Below, piece after piece: positions 29,394 to 38,763 of a stretch of 64,000 nucleotides of DNA. Both the position numbers and the translations under genes were made by a program. Position 1 is the stretch's first letter; the number at the start of each line of letters is the position of its first letter. The notes beneath the pieces are model-generated. The model was not told the DNA's origin. It did no database searches and worked only from the letters and a program-made list of their open reading frames with translations. The DNA comes from Bacillota bacterium (lineage in GTDB: Bacteria > Bacillota > Sulfobacillia > Sulfobacillales > JAIMBI01): NCBI GenBank assembly GCA_021795575.1, contig JAJYPH010000001.1, positions 5,128-69,127 on the forward strand, given 5' to 3'.

Positions 29394-30038
29394 TCAGCGG
29401 TACAGCGCCTGCCGCCGCTCCAGGGTGCTGCCGATGCGCGACAGCGTCAGATTGATAATGAGATACGCGATGGCGGCCATGCCGTACATGATGGCCGGCT
29501 GCTCGGTGGCCGACGTGCCCAGCCGCGCCTGGTACATGATGTCGGCAATCCCCACCAGATACAGCAAGGTCGTGTTTTTGACCTGGAGCACCAAAAAGGT
29601 CATCAGCGAGGGCAGCATGACCATCCACGCCTGCGGCAGAATGATTCTTCGCAGCGCCTGCACCCGCGTGAGCCCCAAGGCATCGGCGGCCTCGCGCTGT
29701 CCCACGGACACCGCTTCAATTCCGGCGCGGAAAATCTCCACCGCATAGCCCACGCCATACAACACCAGCCACAAGAGGCCGGCACTGAAGGACGACAGGT
29801 TGATTTGGAACTGGCTTAGTCCAAAATAGATGATAAACAGCTGCAGAATCGGGGGCAGTCCGCGGATAATCTCCACGTACACCGTGATGGCGCCCCCCAA
29901 AAGCTTGCCGCCGTAAATCCGCCCGACGGCGGCCAGTATGCCCACCACCACCGAGACAGCCACCGCGATCGCCGTCAGCTCCAAGTCGACGCCGCCGCCA
30001 TCGACGATGGCTTGCCAGTACAAGGCCACCACATGCAT
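29394..30038 (-). CDS. polar amino acid ABC transporter permease
   Basis: 214 aa His/Glu/Gln/Arg/opine-family permease containing an EAA-loop-like segment (GQREAADALGLTRVQALRRIILPQA). ATGA overlap with the ATPase gene. Confidence 0.88.
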   Translation of the reverse strand: MHVVALYWQAIVDGGGVDLELTAIAVAVSVVVGILAAVGRIYGGKLLGGAITVYVEIIRGLPPILQLFIIYFGLSQFQINLSSFSAGLLWLVLYGVGYAVEIFRAGIEAVSVGQREAADALGLTRVQALRRIILPQAWMVMLPSLMTFLVLQVKNTTLLYLVGIADIMYQARLGTSATEQPAIMYGMAAIAYLIINLTLSRIGSTLERRQALYR

Positions 30039-30865
30039 CAGGGATGGTCACCTCCCAGTGCGGTCGTGGCTCCGGGGCCACTTGCTTGACCATCCCCCGC
30101 GGCCTCCAGGGGCTTTAAGACACGGGTGAGAAATGTTCGGGACCGCTCGCTGGTGGGATGCTCCAGCACGTCGCGGGCCGGCCCGGTTTCCACCACGCGG
30201 CCGTCCGCCATCACCACCACGGTGTCAGCCACTTCTTTGGCAAACTGCATCTCGTGGGTCACCAGAATGAGCGTCATCCCCTGCGCCGCCAGTCCCCGGA
30301 TGGTTCCCAGCACCTCTCCGACCATCTCGGGGTCCAACATAGACGTCGGCTCGTCAAACAGCATCACCTCAGGGTCCATGGCGAGTGCACGGCAGATGGC
30401 CACGCGCTGCTGCTCGCCCCCCGACAGGCGACGCGGGTACGCCTCGGCTCGGTCCGCCAGCCCCACCGAGGTTAAGAGCGCCATCGCCTTGTCTCGAGCC
30501 TCGCTCGCCGGCACCCGCTTGGTTTCCATGGGACCCAGCATGACGTTGCCCAGCGCGGTCAGGTGGGGAAACAGGTTGAACGTCTGAAACGCCATGCCCA
30601 CCTGCATGCGAATCTGCCGCAACGTCGCCTTGCTGGGCGGTCCCCCACCGCCGACCAGCTCATGGTCCAGCACCCGGATGCGGCCAGCCTCGAACGGGTG
30701 CAGGTAGTTGATGCACCGAATGAACGTACTTTTCCCCGCCCCGCTGGGCCCGATGACGGCCACCACCTCGCTCCGGTGCACCTGGAACGAAATGTCCTCA
30801 AACACCGTGCGCGGCCCGAACCGCTTCGTCAGTCCTTGAATGTCAACTACGACGTCGCTGGACAT
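30038..30865 (-). CDS. amino acid ABC transporter ATP-binding protein
   Basis: Walker A GPSGAGKST, signature LSGGEQQRVAI, Walker B MLFDEPTS. ATG 30865 (MSSDVVVDIQGL) with SD GGTGGGAG. About 35-aa C-terminal tail. Confidence 0.9.
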   Translation of the reverse strand: MSSDVVVDIQGLTKRFGPRTVFEDISFQVHRSEVVAVIGPSGAGKSTFIRCINYLHPFEAGRIRVLDHELVGGGGPPSKATLRQIRMQVGMAFQTFNLFPHLTALGNVMLGPMETKRVPASEARDKAMALLTSVGLADRAEAYPRRLSGGEQQRVAICRALAMDPEVMLFDEPTSMLDPEMVGEVLGTIRGLAAQGMTLILVTHEMQFAKEVADTVVVMADGRVVETGPARDVLEHPTSERSRTFLTRVLKPLEAAGDGQASGPGATTALGGDHP

Positions 30866-31502
30866 TAAGCTCCCACCTCGCCAGGATGCGTGATAGTAAG
30901 ATGTAGAACGCAAAGTACACTAGGCCCGCCAGCAGGAACATGTCCATGGGCTGAAACGTGGCGGCCGCGGCCGCATTGGCCTGAAACATCAAGTCGGTCA
31001 CGCCGATCGTCAGCACCAGCGACGTGTCCTTGATGAGGTTGCTCAGCTCGTTGGTCCCCGGCGGCAAAAACGCCAGAAACGCCTGCGGCAGCACAACCCG
31101 GCGCATCACCGCGCCGTTCGACAAGCCCAACGCGACCGCGGCCTCGCGCTGCCCCGGGTCGACCGACTGCAGACCGCTCCGCATGTCCTCGCCATAGAGC
31201 GTCCCGTAAAAGGCCCCCAGCGCCACGACGCCGGCCCAAAACCCGGGCAGACGCAGTCCCAGCTGGGCGAGACTGTAGTACGCCGTAAACAACAGCACTA
31301 GGACCGGCACCGCCCGAAACACTTCCACGTATCCGGTGGCGATGGCCGCCAGGATGCGGATCCGTCCCGTGCGGGCCAACACCAACAGCGTGCCCAGCGC
31401 CAGGGCCAGCACGAGCGCGGCCCCGGTCAGCTGCAGCGACACCACCAATCCCGCCAGAAACTGGGGTAGGTATTGGCCCCACAACTGCAGCGTGCTCATC
31501 AC
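30843..31502 (-). CDS. polar amino acid ABC transporter permease
   Basis: 219 aa. This second permease of the same family (GQREAAVALGLSNGAVMRRVVLPQA) gives an Ehu-like two-permease layout. Confidence 0.88.
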   Translation of the reverse strand: MMSTLQLWGQYLPQFLAGLVVSLQLTGAALVLALALGTLLVLARTGRIRILAAIATGYVEVFRAVPVLVLLFTAYYSLAQLGLRLPGFWAGVVALGAFYGTLYGEDMRSGLQSVDPGQREAAVALGLSNGAVMRRVVLPQAFLAFLPPGTNELSNLIKDTSLVLTIGVTDLMFQANAAAAATFQPMDMFLLAGLVYFAFYILLSRILARWELNVQRRRS

Positions 31503-31577
31503 CCCCCTGTTGTCCTAACCTGTAGCCGCCTGGCGAGCCGGCTGCCGTGCCTCCGCTTCGCCCCCTCCCCGTGCGCA

Positions 31578-32444
31578 CTAGCCTCCCTGATAGCTGTTCG
31601 GCGCCTGACAGATGCCGTTCAAAAACACGGGGCTTTTCATCCCGTACTGGTCCAGCATCTTTTGCTCCTGGCCGTTGCACGCAATCTTTTTCAGGTAGGC
31701 GTTCAACTTGGCGAGGAAGCTGGCGCTGTACTTGCCCTTAGGAATCCCGTAGTAGCCGCGCAGGCTGGCCAGCGGTGGCGCAATCGACGACGGCATCGCG
31801 CCGAGGATCTTGATGTTCAGCGACGGGTTTTGGTGGATGGCCCACGCCACGTCCGTGTCGGGCTGAAAGTCGGCCGCGACGCGGCCCGTGGACAGCGCCT
31901 GGAACGAGTCGGCGATGTTGCCGTACTGTTTCACCACGGCGTGGGGCACCTTTTGGGCCTCCGTCACTTCCTCCGAGCCTACCACCACCGCAATTTTCTT
32001 GCCAGTCATGGCGGATACGGTCGGCCGCGTGATTTGGGGATGCGTCGCGCTGACCGCCACCACATCGTTGTAGTTCAGCATGGGTCGGCTGAAGCTGATG
32101 ACCTTCGCCCGCGCCGACGTGTAGTAGATGTCAATCGTGATGTCGGCTCGCTTGGACGCCACCGCCTCGATCGACGCGGAGAACGGCAGCGAATCGACCA
32201 CCAGCTTGGCTCCCAGCGTTTTCGCGAATCCCTGGAGAATGTTCACGTCGTAGCCGGTCCACTGGTGCGTGGTGGGATTCTGGAAGTCCTCGGGGGCGTA
32301 GGCCGATTCTGCAATGATCAGCTTGTGCGTCTGCTGCACTTGGGCCAGCAGGGTCGCCGGGGCACTGGCGCTGCTGCCGCAGGCGGCCAGCGTGGTCAGC
32401 ATCGCGCCGGCCATGAAGCCATACCAGATCTTTTTCCAGGTCAT
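31578..32444 (-). CDS. family-3 solute-binding lipoprotein of the ABC importer
   Basis: Lipobox in MLTTLAACGSS. Type-3 SBP fold features are present. SD AAAGGGAGGG before ATG 32444. Confidence 0.85.
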   Translation of the reverse strand: MTWKKIWYGFMAGAMLTTLAACGSSASAPATLLAQVQQTHKLIIAESAYAPEDFQNPTTHQWTGYDVNILQGFAKTLGAKLVVDSLPFSASIEAVASKRADITIDIYYTSARAKVISFSRPMLNYNDVVAVSATHPQITRPTVSAMTGKKIAVVVGSEEVTEAQKVPHAVVKQYGNIADSFQALSTGRVAADFQPDTDVAWAIHQNPSLNIKILGAMPSSIAPPLASLRGYYGIPKGKYSASFLAKLNAYLKKIACNGQEQKMLDQYGMKSPVFLNGICQAPNSYQGG

Positions 32445-32507
32445 GATGCCCTCCCTTTCGTGAACAGCGCTCTCAAGGCGCTCGCTTTCGACGTCCGGAC
32501 CGGGTCC

Positions 32508-33962
32508 TCACCGGGATATCGCGTCTGACAGGTTGAAACACACCACCTTCGTCTCGGTCATGGCTTCGGCGGCATACCGGACGCCCTCCCGCCCCAGTCC
32601 ACTGCCCTTGAAGCCGCCGAACGGCATGTGGTCGACACGGAAATCACTGCTGTCGTTGACCATCACCCCCCCCACGTGGAGCTCCCGAATGCACCGATGG
32701 GCCAGATCCAGGCTTCGGGTGAACACCCCCGCCTGCAGCCCGTAGGGCACGTCATTGGCGCGGGCGATGGCCTCATCGACACTCGATACGGGGAAGACGC
32801 TCACCACCGGCCCGTACACTTCTTCGCGATAGAGGCGGCTGGTTCGCGGCACATGAGCCATGACCGTGGGGGCGTAGAAGGCGCCCTGCCGCGTGCCCCC
32901 CACCAGCACCTCCGCCCCGCCGGCCACGGCTTCGGCCACCCACTCCCCGATCCGAATGGCTTCGCGCTCGTGGATCATGGGACCCATGTCCGTGTCCTCC
33001 GCCAACTTGGACCCCATGCGCCGGGCGCGCGTCCGGCCCACCAATTGGTCCATGAACCGGTCAGTGACGCTGTCGGCAACAAACACCCGCTGCACGCCCA
33101 GGCAGTTTTGTCCCGCGTTGCTAAAGGCGCCCGACGCGATGGCGTCGGCCGCCCGATCCACATCGGCGTCCGCCAGCACCAGCACGGGCGAATTAGCCCC
33201 CAACTCCATGGCCAGCTTCTTTAAGCCCGCCTGGCGCGCGATGGCCTCGCCGGTCGCCAGCCCGCCGGTGAACGACACCATGGCCACGGCGGGATGGCTG
33301 ACCAGCACGCCGCCAAGGCGCGCGCCGCTGCCCGTGACGACGGCCAGCACTTCGGGGGGCACGCCCGCCTCGAGCAGGGTTTCCACGAGCAGCAGCGCCG
33401 ACAGGGGCGTCGCGCTGGCGGGCTTGAGCACGACGGCATTGCCGGCGGCTAAGGCCGGGCCCACCTTGTGGACGACCAGATTCAGGGGGTCGTTGAACGG
33501 TGTGATGGCCGCCACCACGCCCAACGGCACGCGTTCGTAATATCCGCGGCGCCCCTCGGCGCCCGGCCGCCGGTCGAAGGCAATCGTCTCCCCCGCGAGG
33601 CGCGCGCTTTCTTCAGACGCCAGACGCAGGGTGTCCACCGCGCGGCGCACCTCAGCGCGCCCCTCGCGGATCGTTTTGCTGCTCTCGCAGGCAATCGTGT
33701 AGGCAAACGTCTCCGCACGGCTTTCCACCAAGTCCGCCGCATGCCGCAGCATGCTCTGGCGCTCGTGGACCGCCAGCCGCCGCGCGATGTCCGCCCCCGC
33801 CGCCGCGCCCGCGATCGCGTCGGCCATCATGGTATCGGTGCCATCGGGCACCCGCCCAATGACCGATCCATCTTCCGGGTCATGGACCGCCAACGTCGCG
33901 TCCGTGGCTACCCACTGCCCCTGAATCAGGTTCTGCGGAGAGGTCCGCTGCAGGTTCGTCAT
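32508..33962 (-). CDS. NAD(P)-dependent aldehyde dehydrogenase
   Basis: 484 aa ALDH with ELGANSP (catalytic Glu), FSNAGQNC (catalytic Cys) and the EEVYGPV motif. 4-nt overlap with the upstream gene. Confidence 0.88.
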   Translation of the reverse strand: MTNLQRTSPQNLIQGQWVATDATLAVHDPEDGSVIGRVPDGTDTMMADAIAGAAAGADIARRLAVHERQSMLRHAADLVESRAETFAYTIACESSKTIREGRAEVRRAVDTLRLASEESARLAGETIAFDRRPGAEGRRGYYERVPLGVVAAITPFNDPLNLVVHKVGPALAAGNAVVLKPASATPLSALLLVETLLEAGVPPEVLAVVTGSGARLGGVLVSHPAVAMVSFTGGLATGEAIARQAGLKKLAMELGANSPVLVLADADVDRAADAIASGAFSNAGQNCLGVQRVFVADSVTDRFMDQLVGRTRARRMGSKLAEDTDMGPMIHEREAIRIGEWVAEAVAGGAEVLVGGTRQGAFYAPTVMAHVPRTSRLYREEVYGPVVSVFPVSSVDEAIARANDVPYGLQAGVFTRSLDLAHRCIRELHVGGVMVNDSSDFRVDHMPFGGFKGSGLGREGVRYAAEAMTETKVVCFNLSDAISR

Positions 33963-35020
33963 GACGCACCACCTTCCGCGGCCCGCGGGTGCGGGCCACG
34001 CACCACGTCCAACAGGTCGCGCAGCAGGGCATAGCCGGTCTCGCGGCGCCCGGCGCCGGGACCCATCAAGGTGACATGACCCAACAAGTCCGTCTGGTAG
34101 GTGATGGCATTCATGACGCCGGGGACTGCCGCCAGCGGGTCATCCCCTGCCAGTAGCTCCGGCTGCACCGTGGCTCGCAGCGGGCCCTCCCGAGCGTCCA
34201 GCGCCGCCACCAGCCGCCAGTGCCGACCGCGAGCGCGAGCGTCGGCCAGCTCGGCATTGCCCACCCCCGTGATGCCGGTGCGCTCGACACCCTCCACTGA
34301 CAGGGGCCGCCCCAGCACGTGGCGAGCGAGGATGACCAGCTTGTACGCCGCGTCGAAGCCTTCCACATCCCCGCGGGGATCGGCTTCGGCATAGCCCGCC
34401 GCCTGCGCCTCCGCCAAGGCGCCCGCATACGACGCGCCGTCTTCCATGCGGCTCAGCATGAAGTTGGTGGTGCCGTTCAGAATCCCACGCACGCTGCGCA
34501 CCGTGTCCCCGGCCAGGGTCTCGCGGGCCAGCCGCAGCGCGGGCGTGCCGCTCATCACGGTGCCCTCCACGCCCAGCCGCACGCCGCGCGCCGCCGCCAG
34601 GTGAAACAGCTCGTCATACGCATGCACCAGCGGCCCCTTGTTCGAGGTCACCACATGTTGGCCCCGGTCCAGCGCCATCCGGCAGTGCGTCGTGGCCGGC
34701 TCGCCCGATGGCGTCGTCGGCGTGGCCTCCACCATCACATCGGCGTCGGCGCCGACAATGGTGTCGAGGCTGTCCCATCCGCGGCCCAGCCCGTCCTGGT
34801 CGGGGTAGGTCCGAATCCCCTGGGGCGCCTTGAGCGCCGTCAGCAGCGCCGCGACATCGAGGCCCCGCGCCCGGGCGGCCGCGCCCCGCACCGGGTCCGA
34901 TACGGCCACCACCGCGACGTTCAAGCCATAATGCGCCGCAAGGTGGGGACCGCGATCCCTCAGCAGCTCGAGGAAGGCTCGGCCCACCCCTCCGCATCCA
35001 ATCAAGGCCACCCTCACCAT
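33959..35020 (-). CDS. homoserine dehydrogenase-family oxidoreductase (no ACT domain)
   Basis: MVRVALIGCGGVGRAF Rossmann start at ATG 35020, with GGAGGAGGG 9 nt upstream. Catalytic-domain motifs GILNGTTNF and EADP. Confidence 0.8.
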   Translation of the reverse strand: MVRVALIGCGGVGRAFLELLRDRGPHLAAHYGLNVAVVAVSDPVRGAAARARGLDVAALLTALKAPQGIRTYPDQDGLGRGWDSLDTIVGADADVMVEATPTTPSGEPATTHCRMALDRGQHVVTSNKGPLVHAYDELFHLAAARGVRLGVEGTVMSGTPALRLARETLAGDTVRSVRGILNGTTNFMLSRMEDGASYAGALAEAQAAGYAEADPRGDVEGFDAAYKLVILARHVLGRPLSVEGVERTGITGVGNAELADARARGRHWRLVAALDAREGPLRATVQPELLAGDDPLAAVPGVMNAITYQTDLLGHVTLMGPGAGRRETGYALLRDLLDVVRGPHPRAAEGGAS

Positions 35021-36273
35021 ACGGGTCGTCCCTCCTCCCCATCCGCCTCGTCCGTCACGACCCCTGTGCGCAGGCGGGCGAGCGCGGTCCGCGCCGTCTC
35101 CGCCAACCAGGCGGCCCCCAGCGGCAGGACTCGTTCGTCCAGGGCAAACGCGGGCGAGTGCAGCGTGGTGGCCTGCCCCTCGACTCCGCACCCGACGAAG
35201 GCCAGGGCGGCGGGCACCTGCTCCGCGACGTACGCAAAGTCTTCGGCGCCCATCCCAAACGGCTGGCGACGCACCCGCACGTGAGGAGACAGCGCGGCCA
35301 GCGCATCCGCCAGGACCTGGTTGGCCCGCCCATCGTTGCGCAGGGGGGGTTCGCCGCGACGAATGTGCAGGCGATAATCGCCGCCCAGCGCCCGGGCCAC
35401 CTGAAAGGCCCGCTCCAGCTCCTCGGCCAGCTGCTGGCGGAGCACGGGAGAATAAGTCCGGAGCGTGCCGTCCAGCGTCACTTCAGTGGGTGTCACATTG
35501 GGGGCGGTTCCGCCTGCCACGCGTCCCACCGTGATCACCGCACTGTCCAGCGGCGACACCCGCCGCGACACGATCGAGTGCAGCACCGTCAAGACCGGCC
35601 CCAGCAGCCACACCGGATCCAGGGCCCGGTCCGGATAGCCGGCATGGCCGCCCCGTCCCATGACGGTGCCTTCGAACACATCACAGCTGGCCATGGCGTA
35701 TCCGGTCCAGAGATCCACCGTGCCCGGTGGCGCCTCGGGGTTCATGTGCAGCGCAAACGCCATGGCCACCTCTTCCAGGATGCCAGCTTGGATGAGGTGG
35801 TACGCGCCCGTACGTCCCTCGTCGTCCGGCGACTCCTCCGCCGGCTGAAACACCAGCCGCACGCGGCCCCCGAGCGCCCCCGCACGCTGCCACGCATCCA
35901 ACTGCGCCGCCGCACCCAGCAGCATCGCGACGTGGCCGTCGTGTCCGCACGCATGCATGCGGCCCGGAATCTTGGAAACGAACTCCGCGCCAGCCGGCTC
36001 ATCGATGGGCAGGGCATCCATGTCGGCGCGCAGGAGCACCACCGGACCCGATCCTTCGCCCACGTCGGCCACCACGCCGGTACCGCCCACCTCGGTGCGG
36101 ACGCGAACGCTGGACCACTGATGGAGACGCTCGGCAATGTAGGCCGCGGTCTCGAACTCGTGAAACGCCAACTCGGGATGGGCGTGCAGATGGCGGCGGT
36201 CGCGCACCAGCGCCTCGCGCGCCCCCGGCGTCATCCGGCTCCCCCAGGAGGGCCCGTCACCGTCCGTCGCCAT
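35014..36273 (-). CDS. M20/M25/M40 amidohydrolase (N-acyl-L-amino acid amidohydrolase/hippuricase type)
   Basis: LHAHPELAFHEFETAAYI, RADMDALP and MHACGHDGH motifs. ATG 36273 with SD AAGGGTGG. Confidence 0.82.
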   Translation of the reverse strand: MATDGDGPSWGSRMTPGAREALVRDRRHLHAHPELAFHEFETAAYIAERLHQWSSVRVRTEVGGTGVVADVGEGSGPVVLLRADMDALPIDEPAGAEFVSKIPGRMHACGHDGHVAMLLGAAAQLDAWQRAGALGGRVRLVFQPAEESPDDEGRTGAYHLIQAGILEEVAMAFALHMNPEAPPGTVDLWTGYAMASCDVFEGTVMGRGGHAGYPDRALDPVWLLGPVLTVLHSIVSRRVSPLDSAVITVGRVAGGTAPNVTPTEVTLDGTLRTYSPVLRQQLAEELERAFQVARALGGDYRLHIRRGEPPLRNDGRANQVLADALAALSPHVRVRRQPFGMGAEDFAYVAEQVPAALAFVGCGVEGQATTLHSPAFALDERVLPLGAAWLAETARTALARLRTGVVTDEADGEEGRPVW

Positions 36274-36307
36274 CACCACCCTTTCGGCGCGTTCTGTGGC
36301 GCACGGC

Positions 36308-37525
36308 TCAGCGGGCCGCCGCGGCCTGACCCGTGGCCGCGAGCGCTCCGTCCAAGTCCGCCAGCAGGTCGTCCACGTCCTCAATGCCGACGGAATACCG
36401 GATCAGGGCTTCCGGGATGCCCAGGGCCTCGCGTTCGTCTGAAGACAGTTCCACGTGGCTGGTGGTGCGCGGCGGCCCGGCGACGGTTTCCACCGCACCC
36501 AGATTGGCCGCCAAATGGGCATACCGCAGACGCGGGAGCATCGTCCGCACGGCTTCAAACCCGCCCTGGATGGCAAACGACACCACACCGCCAAATCCCC
36601 GCATCTGTCGTTTCGCGATGGCATGGCCGGGATGGCTCGGGAGCCCCGGGTAGTAAACCTGCGCGACCGCGGCATGCTGCTCAAGAAACTGGGCGATCGC
36701 GAGTGCGCTGGCGTTTTGCCGCTGAATCCTGAGGTCCAGCGTCTTCATGCCTCGGAGCAGCAGATAAGCCGCCTCGGGATGCAACGTGGCGCCGTTCACC
36801 TCGCGGAAGTGAAACAACTGGTCAATCAGAGATTTGGACCCGCACGCGACGCCTCCGAGGGCGTCGGCGTGCCCCCCTAAAAATTTCGTGGCACTGTGAA
36901 TCACCAGGTCGGCTCCGAGTGCCAACGGTGACTGGTTGATGGGGGTGGCGAACGTGTTGTCCACCACCACCAGCGCCCCATGGCGATGGGCTGTCGTGAT
37001 GAGGCGCTCGAGGTCCAGCACCTTGAGGGTGGGGTTGGTGGGGGATTCGAGGTACAGCAGCTGGCAGCCGCGGGCAATCTCCGCCTCGATGGCTTCGTGG
37101 TCGGTGGTTTCGCACAGCGCCACCTCGATATTAAATCGCGGGAGAAATTCCAGGAACAGCAAACTGGTCCCGCCGTACGAGTCCTTGATGGACACGACCC
37201 GGTCCCCCGGGCGGAGGAGGGTAAAGAGCGTGTTGCTAATCGCGGCCATCCCGGTGGAAAAGCTGGTGGCCGCCTCTGCCCCTTCCAGCAGACGCACCTT
37301 TTCTTCGAAAGCTTCCACGGTGGGATTGGTGTTCCGCCCATAGATATGTCCGGGCGCTCGGCCCATCGCCACGTCAAACCACGTGTCGACATCCTCGTAG
37401 CCAAACGACACACTGTGCACCACCGGCACCTGCGTGGCGCGTCCCGGCCACTCGCCGGCGTCTCCCCCCCATACGGCCACCGTACCGGGCCGTGCGGGCA
37501 TCCTGCTGCCGCTGTTCATGTCCAT
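36308..37525 (-). CDS. Cys/Met-metabolism PLP enzyme (cystathionine gamma-synthase / gamma-lyase family)
   Basis: 405 aa. YGRNTNPT and HSATKFLGGH (PLP lysine) are typical of gamma-family transsulfuration enzymes. The start may be the third codon, ATG 37519, which has better SD spacing. Confidence 0.85.
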   Translation of the reverse strand: MDMNSGSRMPARPGTVAVWGGDAGEWPGRATQVPVVHSVSFGYEDVDTWFDVAMGRAPGHIYGRNTNPTVEAFEEKVRLLEGAEAATSFSTGMAAISNTLFTLLRPGDRVVSIKDSYGGTSLLFLEFLPRFNIEVALCETTDHEAIEAEIARGCQLLYLESPTNPTLKVLDLERLITTAHRHGALVVVDNTFATPINQSPLALGADLVIHSATKFLGGHADALGGVACGSKSLIDQLFHFREVNGATLHPEAAYLLLRGMKTLDLRIQRQNASALAIAQFLEQHAAVAQVYYPGLPSHPGHAIAKRQMRGFGGVVSFAIQGGFEAVRTMLPRLRYAHLAANLGAVETVAGPPRTTSHVELSSDEREALGIPEALIRYSVGIEDVDDLLADLDGALAATGQAAAAR

Positions 37526-37568
37526 ACCCCCTACGCTCGTTGCTGCTTTAAGACTCGGTGCGACGCCC

Positions 37569-38549
37569 TCACGGGCGCAGTTCCTGCCCCACCTCCTCCG
37601 CGAGCGCCCGTTGATACGCCAGGCGGGCCACGGCCGTATCCTGGATGCCGGTCCCCGTCAGGTCGCACACCGTGACTTGGTCCGACGCCGTCCGGCCCGG
37701 ACGCCGCCCGGCCACCACCGCGCCCAGCTCCCACAGGCGACCGGGATCCAGACTCCCCGCCTCCACGGCGTGGCGGCTGTCGCCGAGGGTGAGCGCCTGC
37801 GCGCGCACATCGCACACGGCGACGTCCGCCCGGCGCCACACGTCCCCCGCCAGCTCCTGCTTGTCGGGGGCATCCGCCCCCATCGCCGTAATGTGCTGAC
37901 CCGCATGCAGCCACTTCCCCTCGACGAGCGGCGCACGTGACGGCGTGGCCGTCACCACCACGTCACTGGTGCGCACCAGCCGCTCGAGATCGGGCGTGGG
38001 CTCGGCCTCCCGGTGCAAGTCCCGCGTGGCCCGCTCGGCCAGCTGACGCGCATGGTCCGACGTCGGGCTCCACACCAGCACCCGCCGGTACGGCCGCACC
38101 AGCAGCAGGGCGCACAGTTGAAACCACGCCTGCACGCCGCTGCCCACCAGCCCCACCGTGTCCACGCGCGGGGGTGCCAGCCACTGGGCGGCCACCGCGC
38201 CGGCCGCGGCCGTCCGCACCGTGGTCAGGTATCCGCCATCCAGCAGCAGGGCCACCGGCGTGCCGGTGGCCGCGCTGAACAGCACCATCAGCCCGTCGCC
38301 GCTCGGCAGGCCGCGCGCCGGGTTGTCGAAAAATCCGGTGGACATCTTGACGGCAAACGAGTCCCAGCCGCGCGCGTGGGCGGTTTTGACATCAATTTCC
38401 CCGCGCGATTCCGGCAGGTCCAGTCGCAGGATGGGCGGCGTGGCCACGCTGCCCTCCCCCAGCGCCCGAAACCCGTCCGCCACGGCCGCGACGACGTCGA
38501 GCGACAGCGGCACCAGGCGACGGATGTCGGACTCCGCCAATACTCGCAC
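37569..38549 (-). CDS. ornithine cyclodeaminase/mu-crystallin family protein, EutC-like
   Basis: OCD-family body with the GSGVQA Rossmann motif. GTG 38549 (VRVLAESDIRRL) with AGGAGG 6 nt upstream. First gene of the 11-gene operon. Confidence 0.8.
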   Translation of the reverse strand: MRVLAESDIRRLVPLSLDVVAAVADGFRALGEGSVATPPILRLDLPESRGEIDVKTAHARGWDSFAVKMSTGFFDNPARGLPSGDGLMVLFSAATGTPVALLLDGGYLTTVRTAAAGAVAAQWLAPPRVDTVGLVGSGVQAWFQLCALLLVRPYRRVLVWSPTSDHARQLAERATRDLHREAEPTPDLERLVRTSDVVVTATPSRAPLVEGKWLHAGQHITAMGADAPDKQELAGDVWRRADVAVCDVRAQALTLGDSRHAVEAGSLDPGRLWELGAVVAGRRPGRTASDQVTVCDLTGTGIQDTAVARLAYQRALAEEVGQELRP

Positions 38550-38763
38550 GACGCACCTCCTGCCGCGAATCTCATCCCCCTGAGCTTGAGGGCAGCGGTT
38601 CGCCCCCACAACCGCGACGGTGTACAAAAATCAGGACAGCGCATGCGGCACATTGCCGGAACAGTGCGAATCGACAGCCGTCCCATGAGCAGGATCCGCC
38701 AGCGGCGGCGACGAAGAAGGCATCACGAGCCCGCTGCGCTGCGGGAAAGAGGGGGCGGATCCC

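Noticed and set aside
38550-38763. Sigma-54 promoter (GGCAC..TTGC) in the PucR/operon divergent region at about 38646-38656 (gcggcacattgccgg)
   Set aside because: The GG and GC elements are only about 7-8 nt apart instead of the required 10. No EBP-type activator is present, since PucR regulators work with sigma-70.
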